DNA of 37,685 bases from the IMG/VR virus record IMGVR_UViG_3300020045_009058, positions 1-37,685 of that record; one strand, written 5' to 3'. This stretch comes from a virus. Its lineage: Duplodnaviria; Caudoviricetes. The notes beneath the pieces were generated by a model. That model saw only the letters and a program-made list of their open reading frames with translations, had not been told where the DNA came from and ran no database searches. Shown here in pieces: positions 9,101 to 17,216 of this stretch (the first letter of the stretch is position 1; the number at the start of each line of letters is the position of its first letter). A program made the translations under genes and the position numbers.

Positions 9101-9607
9101 AGCAGATGTGTTCGGGTCGAGCCCTTGCAGCGTGATGTCGGCCGGCTGGTCATCTGAGCCGTCGTGAACAATCATGTAAGCACCGCAGGCGTCGTCGCCA
9201 GCTTGCTTGCGAGCAGGGTCGGTCTCTGTCGCGTCATAGATCAGCTTGCCATCGGCAAACACTTTGAGGACAGCACTGATCTGGCCTTCGCACAATGAGA
9301 GCGCAAAGGTGCTGAAGTACGTGTAGTTAACAACCTCATTCGCGCTATCAATCTTTACTACCTGCGATGCTTCTTCGATCTCGCCGCAATAGAGCATGTC
9401 GCCTGCGAATCTGTGCGTGCCGTACAAGCGGGGGATCGCATTGCCATAGCTCGAAGCCGTGGCTGACAGATCTCCAAGGCGAGGGCCTTCAGTCCGTGTG
9501 ACCGGGCCAAAGAACGCGACAGCAACAGCGGATCCGATTGCGCCGCCGATCGGCCCGCCGATCATTGAACCGGCTATGAAGCCTACTGTGCTCGCGTAAT
9601 TAGCCAT
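6095..9607 (-). CDS. Tail tip / central fibre, GTA gp15 (megatron)-like
   Basis: EGPRLGDL..SSYGNAIPRLYGTHR, AYRGTAYVVF..FPLAEYGNKIPNLEFVV, YRLQGLMRGCRGS..H..GERFVLL. Confidence 0.9.
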   Translation of the reverse strand: MANYASTVGFIAGSMIGGPIGGAIGSAVAVAFFGPVTRTEGPRLGDLSATASSYGNAIPRLYGTHRFAGDMLYCGEIEEASQVVKIDSANEVVNYTYFSTFALSLCEGQISAVLKVFADGKLIYDATETDPARKQAGDDACGAYMIVHDGSDDQPADITLQGLDPNTSAYRGTAYVVFKRFPLAEYGNKIPNLEFVVSKADARLTSPSPIGVLGGYIPSLLPGAANHPSMSCNATDLLDVSYFVAGFNGGSECNSQFSYQQYNTTPSGSMGSIGVNIIINTPPPVPIPFTDDFLITAGNLWNVRFTGEVKGFAYRYTDNGLGGTGTKQYVNIYDRKNNNVFQLDFDNPASPGGITLTSSIATVSSPNKAAALVAVSYITSSGQAGLTIKNFSVDIISGGKTALSTSEMVFSLGAGEIHDLVAAGSHVYAVIGSGNTWALKIFDSAGALVNSIVLATTDPNKFRFDHFGTVLAVRGGTVYVASILNAYVALYSLDPLIDTELTRINTLDIANTLPAGTTIRTAGPSAPADYWPHKYLKSAYCNAGLFVLGAMIRESGDYPVDASLPLVFGSTGSYEAGKTSDAAIIDAECAVAGMPASIIDTSKLGTVVDGYLISSRANPRDNLTPLASYTFFDSIEVDHKLTFVPRGQSALTLIPESDLGAAEEGGKLADAITWTRTHESELPSEIAVAFADPAGDYAVGSQYQRRMTSSSNMKSDVQLPIAMSQTQAAATAARLLYMSYAGRNKAAFSTTLKYAHLMPSDVVALTQGDKAYRVRITKREDTPTGVLKFEAESDDGLYLTQSPDADDVTQATQRMNATGVTEAIMLDLVALEDYVINRTTYYGLASSVPSWPGGGLYSRGTTDELIKETKLKATVGRTNHALGAPTQRSSIRDDINELLVTIENGGVLVSTDYATLKRGVANRAAIGQEVIQFQSATLISSVEGNSVYRLQGLMRGCRGSDYYCDKHVTGERFVLLDSNILSFKTLNPSGSDTTKGLGAITSPVSTQYKAVTRGRPSDSGNYQDFTPTNLGTRPLSPVAGFVGITIPGEMSRVYCKARSRDGMPWVDYADVPQSDISFGYYTSSASIRMQTEHVLFLYNPAGELVPGSDISGAIARYASPDLSSIYFDVPLSLYTPGTGYKAKIANIMATSHYTTMRQADDAVDVLWVDL

Positions 9608-9686
9608 TTGCTGCCCCGGGCGTACGCAAGCCGCTATCAGTAGATAGCTTGCAGTGGCAAGCGAATGTGGTGGCAGCGGAAATCAT
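9600..9686 (-). pseudogene. 28-codon mini-ORF in the slot normally held by NlpC/P60 peptidase; possible deletion remnant
   Basis: ATGA overlap with hub stop; reads MISAATTFACHCKLSTDSGLRTPGAANG* and overlaps the megatron start. Confidence 0.35.
9633..9648. promoter_or_regulatory. Operator-like palindrome GCTATC-AGTA-GATAGC
   Basis: Exact motif copy 26 bp upstream of megatron start. Confidence 0.7.
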
Positions 9687-10519
9687 TTACCTTGATTCAC
9701 TTTGTCTTTTGTCGGCTTAGAAGGAAAGCCGCGATGGTTTACGATGTTATTGAACTTAGCGAGACAGTCTTGATCTCGAATCTTGTTGCAGCCCGCGTGC
9801 ACAGAGAATGTATCTCCATCTAAAATAGAGTTTACCATGGCTTCTTGTAAGTCAAATTTTCCAGCGACGAATGACTTAACTTCTATTCTCCGGCCGATGT
9901 TATCGCCAGAGGTCCAAGTCAATACTCCGCCATTGAAATAGCCGTCAGCGGGACTGAACCCCTCAGCATCGAATGTGTACAGAAACTCAGACGTTGTCGC
10001 AACGCCAGTGAATGTGAACGATGCAATGTTCAGACCGCAGCGCTTGTCACCAAGGTTCGCGTCGCATTCCGCTGTGTATATCCTTCCGACAGTTTGCTGA
10101 AGCTGCTGAAACAAGCCTAGCAACTCCGCTTTGTAACCATACTTCCCAGTCGATATCTCGCCAAGCATGCCGGCCCGCATCCTTTCGCAGCCAAGGGCTG
10201 GTGCGGACCAGTCAACGCGCGAGAGAGTTACTTGAGCGTAGTCCCAGACCCGATTCAGGATAGCGTCTTCAGTGAATAGCTCATCGCTGAAGAACCCGCT
10301 CACAGCTAAGTTGTCTACTGCGAAGTCGCCTGAGCTGACAATCTGCGAGGGGTCGATGCCTGATTTGGCTTTGTAGACAATACCTTCGAACTCGATATCA
10401 GCAGCGTGCGATGTCAGGCCGAACACTTGGCCATCGGTGCGCGTGATCTTCCAGATGAATGCAAGGCGGGTAACTGCTGCGGCTTGTTTAGTGGCCAGCG
10501 CGATCGGTATGATTTTCAT
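9683..10519 (-). CDS. Baseplate hub, DUF2163/BR0599 family (GTA gp13-like)
   Basis: WKITRTDGQVFGLTSH, CDANLGDKRCGL, GCNK...C..KFNNIVNHRGFP; start 10519 overlaps upstream stop. Confidence 0.92.
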   Translation of the reverse strand: MKIIPIALATKQAAAVTRLAFIWKITRTDGQVFGLTSHAADIEFEGIVYKAKSGIDPSQIVSSGDFAVDNLAVSGFFSDELFTEDAILNRVWDYAQVTLSRVDWSAPALGCERMRAGMLGEISTGKYGYKAELLGLFQQLQQTVGRIYTAECDANLGDKRCGLNIASFTFTGVATTSEFLYTFDAEGFSPADGYFNGGVLTWTSGDNIGRRIEVKSFVAGKFDLQEAMVNSILDGDTFSVHAGCNKIRDQDCLAKFNNIVNHRGFPSKPTKDKVNQGK

Positions 10520-11163
10520 GCTAGCAGCTCGATTATTCTTACGCCTGACCAATCGACTAGCCCGCCGTTATGGCCGAGGCGCATGTCGTCGTCTTCAAAG
10601 CGCGCAGGTACGTCGAATGAGCCACGCCAGGCCAACTCTCCAACCAGCGGGCCTGTGGGTGTAACGATTCCAGTTGTCGAGTCAAGCGCGTATGCAGTCG
10701 ACACAATGTCTGCGCCGCCGAGCGTCAGTACGAAATCGGTAGGGTCGGGCTTGGTGATTCGGCGATAGTCAACCATGCCACCATACGAATACACCTTGTA
10801 GAGCGCAAAGCTGGTACCGTCGTCGCTGGCCAGCAAGCCACTTTGCGCGGCGGTTACGGCATGATCGAACGGGTCTCTGAATCTGAAACCGTGCGCCCTG
10901 CCTTTGACTACGCGATGGAAAGCGATCAGGCTTGCAGCCGTTCGAACTTCCTCAGCACCCTGAGGGAAATCCCACTTGCCGCGACCAGTTGACCAGACTT
11001 GATTCCGCTGCTCATGGCCAGAGCGCAAAGAGGTGATGTTCGTGTTGAATCCTGGCCCGCCGACGCTCAAGCCCGCGACCGAATCAGGGAAGCGCGGGGC
11101 CTCGATAAAGGGCTCGATAAGCGCCGTGTTGCCGGCGATGATGGACTTGGTGAGGATGGCCAT
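10516..11163 (-). CDS. Distal tail protein, DUF2460 family (GTA gp12-like)
   Basis: GGPGFNT....SGHEQRNQVW, GRAHGFRFRDPFD, FDVPARFEDD. Confidence 0.92.
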   Translation of the reverse strand: MAILTKSIIAGNTALIEPFIEAPRFPDSVAGLSVGGPGFNTNITSLRSGHEQRNQVWSTGRGKWDFPQGAEEVRTAASLIAFHRVVKGRAHGFRFRDPFDHAVTAAQSGLLASDDGTSFALYKVYSYGGMVDYRRITKPDPTDFVLTLGGADIVSTAYALDSTTGIVTPTGPLVGELAWRGSFDVPARFEDDDMRLGHNGGLVDWSGVRIIELLA

Positions 11164-11175
11164 TGCTGCCCCTGG

Positions 11176-14139
11176 TTAGCTGAAGCGGGTAGCCGCGCGA
11201 CTGAGCGACGCACTGGCTTGGCGAGCGATCTGCTCTTGCGTGCGAGCGTCGATCGGGCCTGCGATGTGGAAGTTGTTCACCACTGAGCCGATCCTGCTTC
11301 CGCCGCTTGAGCCGTTGTCGAGGCCGGGCTTGTTGTATGCAGCAGGGACGATGCGCTCGCCTTTGTGGATCTTTGCAACCATGTCGCCGGGCACGTAAGC
11401 AGTACCGACATCGAACGATGGGAGCCCGCCGCTCATTGCGCTGAAAGCTGAGCTGATCATGCCGCCAGCGCCGTTCATTGCCCCGCCAGCCATGCCCATG
11501 ATGGCGCTGGTCAACGAGCTCAGCATGCCGCCCATCGACTTGTCGAGCATGTTGAAAGATGCCGAAACAACATCGCCGACCTTTCCGACAACTCCGCCCA
11601 CCCTGTCGAATACCGCTGTCTGTTTGGCTTGGCCTTCAACATCGATCAGCCCGTTTACCATCGTGACTTTGACCGCGCCAGTGCCCGCATCGATCGGTAG
11701 ACCATTGGCGCCCTTGCTCTCGCCGAACAAGCTCGATAGCGCTTTGCCAAACCCGGTATCAGTGCCCTCCCCGCCCACTAGGAACTTGAACGCGCCGTCT
11801 GTCACCGACTTAGCCGCATTGCGCATGAAGCTATCGTTGAGCGACTTGAGCATCGTCTTCCATGAATCTGAAAGCGACTTCGCACCAGACATCCAGTCGC
11901 CGAGGTGGGTCTCCAAGGCTTGCTTCGATGATGCAATCTGCGAGCGCGTGATTTGCGAAGACTCCATCTCCATTGCGCTGCGGATCTTCAGCGTGCTTAA
12001 AGCATGCTCACGCTCAAGCCGCTCAAGCTCCGCGTTAATGTCAGCGCGCTTGGCAACGTCAGTGCCTGCCAGGACCAGCCTCGCAGCCATAGCATCTTTG
12101 ACGATCTCGAAGCGCTGGTCTTCGAACTGCTTAGCGTTTGCAAGCAACTGAGCTTCAGTGATCCTGCCCGTGTCGCGGGCGTGCGCCGACAGCTCCTCAT
12201 CGTGTGCGACGGCGATCAGGCGGGCATCGGTCAGAGCGCGGTCATGGATGTCAGCAAGCCGGGCCATCAAGTCGGTCTCGACCTTGAGGCGCTCTTTCGC
12301 GACGGCAGCTTCCGCACTCAGGCGTTCACGGCCAGATGCGATGGCGGCTTGCGTGTAGCGCTCATTGAGCACGGCCAGCTCGCCTTCGATCTTGATCGTC
12401 TGCGCTTGCAGTTCGAGACGCTTCGATGCTGTCTTGATCGCTGGATCTGACTCGGCAGACTTAGACGATGCAGCCTCGCGTTCTTTCGCATCGATCTCAA
12501 GCTTCAAGCCCGCTTGCGCGATGCTCAGGCGGCGATCGTAGTAAGTACCCAGGCTGATCAGTTCGCGCTTGAATGCGTCGTCGTTGATCGCGGTCTCGGT
12601 TGCCAAGTGCTCACGTTGCAGGCTACTGGATGCGTCGAAGCCGGCTTTGAGGATCGATTCCTGCGCACGATTGGCCGAGGCCAGTTCGTCGGCGGCTGCG
12701 GTTGCGCTGCCAGAGTCTTTCGCCGAATACTTCCTTGAGCCGCTGCCACCCATCGTGGTCCCGCTTGTATCTGCGGAATCCGACTTCTTCGAGCCGAACA
12801 CTTTGTCATCGACGTACGCGCCGGTATCGCGCATGATCTTTGCGATATTCAGCGCGTGATCTTGAGCTGCTTTCTGTGCAGCTTTGAAATGCTTGTTGTA
12901 AACAGCGGTCGCCTTGTCACCGTCGAATCCATTTGTCATGAACTCGAATGCGGATGCTGCAGCGGCCTTGATCGTTCCGAATGTAGCCACGAACCCGCCG
13001 GCTACGGCTTCAATGATGACGCGGATAGTAGAGAAGACTAACTTGGTGACGATCAGCAGACCGTTGAAAGCGTCTTTGACGATCGCTGAGGAGTCCGATA
13101 TCTCCTCCGATGCAGGCCTGAATATGCTGATGACCGACGCCATAGCCTCGCCGACTCCGCGCGCCAGGCCAACGAATGTGGCGACTAGATCGCTGACAAC
13201 AGCAATCGTGCCCTCCATCGCGGTATTCAGAACGCCAATAGCTGCGGGGCCATTCACTGCGACCCACCCCGAGAACTCTTTCATAGCCGGCATCGCTGCC
13301 GAGCCAATGGTTTCACCCATTTCGTTCAGAGCGAACTTGGCAGTGTAGACAGCTTTGTTGTATTCCTTGACGCTCTCGACCCCATCGACGCCGAGCACAG
13401 AATTGAAGTCTTTAGCAAGCTTGATCGCGTGCTCTTTCATTTCCGAGTCGAGCTTTTGCAGCTTGACTACTTCAGCCGCGCCCTTGCCGAACAACTCCAT
13501 TGCAATCTGGTTGCGGTCATAGCCTGCGGAATACTGGTCGAGTAGCGTCAGGCCATTCGACATGATCTGCTGCTGAGTAAGCATCTGGCCAGACGTGTCA
13601 GTCGTCACCAGGCCAAGCTCTTTAAGCCTGTCGCCATTCGTGCGCAAGCCCATGTTCAACTTGGTGACCGCACCAAGGTAATCGCCAGACGATGCGCCGA
13701 TTAGCTCAAGTCCGATATTCAGCTCACTAGCTTCTTTGAGTGATATGCTGAGCTGAGTCGAGAGCTGCTCTATTTCACGCGCTTCATTCGTGACGTTTTC
13801 GATTAGCTTACCGAATATTCCGCCAGCGACGATAGTTGTGATAGCCGCACCCAGCGCGCCGAACTTGCCGATGACATTCGATATGCCACCACCAACATTA
13901 TCCAGCGCGCCATTGATCCCCGCTGCACCAGACTTGAATCCGTCAGCGTCAACCTTAGGCTTGAACTCTTTCTGATTAACGCGATCGAGAGTCTTGCCGA
14001 CACCAGAGATTGTGGAGTCAAGGCGAGAAAGGATAGCTTCCATCCGCGCGCTAGAAGCTTGCACAGCCGTAGCCGCGCCTTCGAGGCCTGTCTTGAGGCC
14101 CTTGTCATTCGCTTCTAGACTGATGCTAAGCTTATCCAT
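11176..14139 (-). CDS. Tail tape measure protein (~987 aa)
   Basis: Long Ala/Gly-rich helical protein after chaperones; C-terminal PSFDVGTAYVPGDMVAKIHKGERIVPA. Confidence 0.92.
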   Translation of the reverse strand: MDKLSISLEANDKGLKTGLEGAATAVQASSARMEAILSRLDSTISGVGKTLDRVNQKEFKPKVDADGFKSGAAGINGALDNVGGGISNVIGKFGALGAAITTIVAGGIFGKLIENVTNEAREIEQLSTQLSISLKEASELNIGLELIGASSGDYLGAVTKLNMGLRTNGDRLKELGLVTTDTSGQMLTQQQIMSNGLTLLDQYSAGYDRNQIAMELFGKGAAEVVKLQKLDSEMKEHAIKLAKDFNSVLGVDGVESVKEYNKAVYTAKFALNEMGETIGSAAMPAMKEFSGWVAVNGPAAIGVLNTAMEGTIAVVSDLVATFVGLARGVGEAMASVISIFRPASEEISDSSAIVKDAFNGLLIVTKLVFSTIRVIIEAVAGGFVATFGTIKAAAASAFEFMTNGFDGDKATAVYNKHFKAAQKAAQDHALNIAKIMRDTGAYVDDKVFGSKKSDSADTSGTTMGGSGSRKYSAKDSGSATAAADELASANRAQESILKAGFDASSSLQREHLATETAINDDAFKRELISLGTYYDRRLSIAQAGLKLEIDAKEREAASSKSAESDPAIKTASKRLELQAQTIKIEGELAVLNERYTQAAIASGRERLSAEAAVAKERLKVETDLMARLADIHDRALTDARLIAVAHDEELSAHARDTGRITEAQLLANAKQFEDQRFEIVKDAMAARLVLAGTDVAKRADINAELERLEREHALSTLKIRSAMEMESSQITRSQIASSKQALETHLGDWMSGAKSLSDSWKTMLKSLNDSFMRNAAKSVTDGAFKFLVGGEGTDTGFGKALSSLFGESKGANGLPIDAGTGAVKVTMVNGLIDVEGQAKQTAVFDRVGGVVGKVGDVVSASFNMLDKSMGGMLSSLTSAIMGMAGGAMNGAGGMISSAFSAMSGGLPSFDVGTAYVPGDMVAKIHKGERIVPAAYNKPGLDNGSSGGSRIGSVVNNFHIAGPIDARTQEQIARQASASLSRAATRFS

Positions 14140-14157
14140 TTTCAATCTCTCATCGCA

Positions 14158-14445
14158 TTACGTGGCCATCGGGAACATGGCGAACAGGTCTGATATATCG
14201 CTGTCTTGACTCTCACCGCCGGCATCTGAATCAGTGCTTGCAGTAATTCTTGGCACTCCGAAATGGGCCCCGATGCGAGCGACTTCTATGTGCATTGGAG
14301 GGATGTTTTCCCAGTGTTTCGATAGCGCTTCGAGGCGAATCAGATCTAATTCCCACCTGACAGTCTCCCAGGTCCACCCTGTCGCATTAACGAGATAAGC
14401 GTATAACTCAGGGAACGTTACCCCCGAGCCGCCTGATCCTTTCCC
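14158..14445 (-). CDS. Tail assembly chaperone GT extension (-1 frame)
   Basis: Open -1 frame GKGSGGSGVTFPELY... entered at the GGGAAAG slippery site. Confidence 0.8.
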   Translation of the reverse strand, partial: GKGSGGSGVTFPELYAYLVNATGWTWETVRWELDLIRLEALSKHWENIPPMHIEVARIGAHFGVPRITASTDSDAGGESQDSDISDLFAMFPMAT

Positions 14446-14750
14446 GCCTCCCCTTGGGTGGACATCAGACCAGCCACTTTCATAACGCAAGACATCACTT
14501 GTTCAACATTGCTGATGTCGATTACATCGCCAACTTCTTGTCGCGTGATAGCTGGGTAATTGCGCTGCAAGGCAGCATGCGTGAGATCGATCGTGAGCTT
14601 GATACTCGTTGCGTCTAGCCCGCCTTTGAACGATGCCATCCGCTCTTGAAACAGCTCAAGAGATCCGAGCGACAGGGGCGGTATGACGAAATCAGTTCCG
14701 CCGAGATTCATCGTTTCGCCAGCAAACTTAGGTGTGCTTTGTGCAGTCAT
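14418..14750 (-). CDS. Tail assembly chaperone G (110 aa)
   Basis: Between tail tube and tape measure; ends ...EAGKDQAARG with slippery Gly-Lys codons. Confidence 0.85.
   Translation of the reverse strand: MTAQSTPKFAGETMNLGGTDFVIPPLSLGSLELFQERMASFKGGLDATSIKLTIDLTHAALQRNYPAITRQEVGDVIDISNVEQVMSCVMKVAGLMSTQGEAGKDQAARG
14439..14445 (-). other. -1 programmed ribosomal frameshift heptamer G GGA AAG
   Basis: Same heptamer and phasing as lambda G/GT. Confidence 0.88.
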
Positions 14751-14781
14751 GATTCGTATCCTAGAAAAGTGGTGTGGGGAC

Positions 14782-14813
14782 AAAAGAAAAGGGGCCTCAG
14801 AGAAGCCCCTTTT
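14782..14813 (-). terminator. Intrinsic terminator after major tail gene
   Basis: Minus strand AAAAGGGGCT-TCTCTGA-GGCCCCTTTTCTTTT. Confidence 0.85.
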
Positions 14814-14823
14814 GGATACATAC

Positions 14824-14850
14824 AGTTTACTACAAGCTAGCGTATGTCAA
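14824..14850 (-). promoter_or_regulatory. N15 promoter TTGACA-N15-TAAACT
   Basis: One of eight same-spacing sites. Confidence 0.65.
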
Positions 14851-14874
14851 GCTTTGCTAGCTTTGTATGACAAA

Positions 14875-15627
14875 TTAACGGAACGAGATCAAGCCAACTT
14901 CGCCGGCCTCATCTTCCATCGCGCTGAACTCGATATCTGCCATCGAGAAGTCGTCATTCTTGAAAGGGACTGCGAGCTTGTTCGAGATAACCTTATTCAG
15001 CGTCAACAGGATTTCGCGGCCTTGGTAAGCAGAGCGCAATGTGAAGCTGAAGAACGGTGCGGTTCCCATCAACTCATTGCTGATTCTCAAGACCTTGCCG
15101 CCCGTCGATTTCGTGAACTCATACGAGATGCGAACTGCAACATCGGCGGCAGCGTCAGCGGCTGAGAACACGTATTCGCCGGCAGCATCAACCGAGTACT
15201 CGCCAGCAGCGGGAGCTGAGGCTACGCGAACCATGGCGACGCCAGATGATGCGATGACAACGCCCATATCTTTCGCGAACACGCCTGTCGATGGCGGGAC
15301 AACGACAACAGATACGTCAGCCGTGTGCAGCTCGTTAGGTGACATGCCGCGAGCGACAGTCTCAGGCGTGCGACCGAAGAAGATCTTGCTCATCAAGTCG
15401 CCGTCGATATTTGCGAGCTTTGCTTTGCCGGCAATCTTGCCTTTGCCGCGACCAATGGCCAGAGCGAAACTCTTAGCGCCGTGCAGCTCTTTGGTATCAA
15501 ACGAGATATCAAGAGAGACATCTTGCAGCGTACCGAGCTGAATTGGTTGCGCCAGGGCGGTTGCGACACCAGATGCGTCGAAAGTTTGTGTAGCGAATAC
15601 AGCGCCGACACCGAATTGGTATGCCAT
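14875..15627 (-). CDS. Major tail (tube) protein
   Basis: MAYQFGVG, GTLQDVSLDISFDTKELHG..FALAIGRGKGKI; GGAG RBS; position before chaperones. Confidence 0.85.
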   Translation of the reverse strand: MAYQFGVGAVFATQTFDASGVATALAQPIQLGTLQDVSLDISFDTKELHGAKSFALAIGRGKGKIAGKAKLANIDGDLMSKIFFGRTPETVARGMSPNELHTADVSVVVVPPSTGVFAKDMGVVIASSGVAMVRVASAPAAGEYSVDAAGEYVFSAADAAADVAVRISYEFTKSTGGKVLRISNELMGTAPFFSFTLRSAYQGREILLTLNKVISNKLAVPFKNDDFSMADIEFSAMEDEAGEVGLISFR

Positions 15628-15652
15628 GTTTTATTCTCCAAAGGATGCGTCT

Positions 15653-15679
15653 ATGTTAACGCGAGTTTCAAATAGTCAA
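15653..15679 (-). promoter_or_regulatory. N15 promoter TTGACT-N15-TAACAT (tail tube)
   Basis: One of eight same-spacing sites. Confidence 0.65.
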
Positions 15680-15682
15680 GCA

Positions 15683-16117
15683 TTAAGCAACAGTTAGCTT
15701 GACTGGGATTATTGCGACGGCCGTCTCACCGAGTAAGCCCTCATCGGTTTCAATTCTGCCTTCGATCTTGCAGTCATGAACTAGACCGCCAAGCGTTTGC
15801 CGGTAATCGACGCCGAAGTCTTTTGGCTCAAGCGCTAGATCGATCGCGTCTAGTATTGCGTTCAGGCCTGGAGACGCGTCTTTCGAGTGGTTTCCATCCG
15901 TTTTCACATAGACGATCAGCTCGCAATCAAGTGTCCAAACGGTCGGAGTGCGCGTCTGAGTGCGAGCGTCCTGACCCTTTTGAACCAGAAAGACAGCGGG
16001 GCAATCGGCCGGCGAAACGTCATCCCAGTGAACAGCTCGCCGTGCACACTTGCGCACGCCAGGAATCGATGTAACGAGTGCGAACAAAGCGGCGAAGATT
16101 GGTTCGCGGGCGATCAT
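15683..16117 (-). CDS. Tail terminator/completion-like protein
   Basis: Position before tube gene; QTLGGLVHDCKIEGRIETDEG..AVAIIPV. Confidence 0.7.
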   Translation of the reverse strand: MIAREPIFAALFALVTSIPGVRKCARRAVHWDDVSPADCPAVFLVQKGQDARTQTRTPTVWTLDCELIVYVKTDGNHSKDASPGLNAILDAIDLALEPKDFGVDYRQTLGGLVHDCKIEGRIETDEGLLGETAVAIIPVKLTVA

Positions 16118-16590
16118 TTGGCGGCCCCCATGGCGCTTTCAATTTGCGCCAGGATCGCTGATTTCTTATCCGCCAGAGCACTGCGCAGGAAAGATCGCTC
16201 TGGGATGTTCACTCTCCGAGAGTGCGCGCGAACAGTTGCGGTCACGGGGTTGATTGGCCGCCCGAAAGCTTGCTTTATGGTTCGCAAACTCTCAGCTACT
16301 TGCACCGATCCCTTGAATCCCATTTCATGCGAGCGCGCGTACTCAACGTTGGTACCCACACGCCCGACAACGCCCGAACTCTCTTCAGTAACTTGCGCGT
16401 TGATACTGCGCCTTAGTCGGCCAGTCTGAACTCTCAGGACTTGCCCGGTCAGCTTGCTAGCTTTCACGTGCGCAGACAAAGACATCGATGCTTTGCGAAC
16501 AGCTTGAACTAGCGCCGATCGAACACCGCCCGCGCGCTTACGAATGCTCGCAACAACTTCTTTCGAACCCTTGACGCGGCTGGTGGCCAT
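16114..16590 (-). CDS. Neck/tail completion protein, HK97 gp10-like
   Basis: TGRLRRSI, VGTNVEYARSHEMG, PERSFLRSAL; start 16590 overlaps upstream stop. Confidence 0.8.
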   Translation of the reverse strand: MATSRVKGSKEVVASIRKRAGGVRSALVQAVRKASMSLSAHVKASKLTGQVLRVQTGRLRRSINAQVTEESSGVVGRVGTNVEYARSHEMGFKGSVQVAESLRTIKQAFGRPINPVTATVRAHSRRVNIPERSFLRSALADKKSAILAQIESAMGAAK

Positions 16591-17111
16591 CAAAATGCCC
16601 GCAGGTAATGCCTGAGCGCGGCTTTGCACTCAGGTGGTACATCGGAAACAGTGAAGCTGACTACTTCGCCACCCATAGCCTTCGAGGCCTGACCGATTCG
16701 CTCACGCCTGCGATAGTTGTGAGCCACCAAGTCAATCGCGCATTGCTCGATATCAGCCGGCAGCGTTTCGTAGCCTGCTGTGTATTGCACGCGAACAGAT
16801 CCAGGCCCGCGTGGCATTCTGTAGCCGCTAAGGAATGGGCCGAACGAATCGAACTTGAATGAAGAATGCTCGACGCCATTCAACCAGACGGCCGACACAT
16901 CGGTTACAGGACTCTGCGGCAAGCACAATTGCAGTGCTCCGAGTCCGTCAAAGCTCTCATCATATGAAGTCGAAAGAACTTCGCGCTTCAGGTGAGCTCG
17001 GATCCAATCTGACGCGGCAGAGATAAGCCGGCTTAGAACCAAGTCGTCATCCGACCCGGCCACTTTTAGCCACGCTTTTACTGCTGCGAGATTAGTGTAA
17101 TCAGTTGCCAT
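16590..17111 (-). CDS. Head-tail adaptor (gp6 / phiE125 gp8-like)
   Basis: TNLAAVKAWL...DDLVLSRLISAAS, VQYTAGYETLPADIEQ. Confidence 0.85.
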   Translation of the reverse strand: MATDYTNLAAVKAWLKVAGSDDDLVLSRLISAASDWIRAHLKREVLSTSYDESFDGLGALQLCLPQSPVTDVSAVWLNGVEHSSFKFDSFGPFLSGYRMPRGPGSVRVQYTAGYETLPADIEQCAIDLVAHNYRRRERIGQASKAMGGEVVSFTVSDVPPECKAALRHYLRAF

Positions 17112-17126
17112 TTTGCTTCGAGCTTG

Positions 17127-17162
17127 AAAGAAAAAGGGGCAGCAGTTTGTGACCACTGCCCC
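17127..17162 (-). terminator. Intrinsic terminator after capsid gene
   Basis: Minus strand GGGGCAG...CTGCCCC-TTTTTCTTT. Confidence 0.8.
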
Positions 17163-17216
17163 AGGTCCCCACCAGGACACACTCTCGATTAGCAGCCCCT
17201 TTCGAGGCCGCTTATA

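Noticed and set aside
9634-9660. Ninth N15 promoter before megatron
   Set aside because: GCTTGCCA -35 is present but the hexamer 15 bp away is TGATAG, not TANNNT.
9608-9685. Stop read-through fusing hub and megatron
   Set aside because: Genes are in frame with 25 sense codons between, but that is plausible by chance and no read-through signal is visible.
11459-13975. Plus-strand ORFs opposite the tape measure gene (and similar antisense ORFs across the structural and replication genes)
   Set aside because: Shadow frames of recognisable genes, without RBS or motifs.
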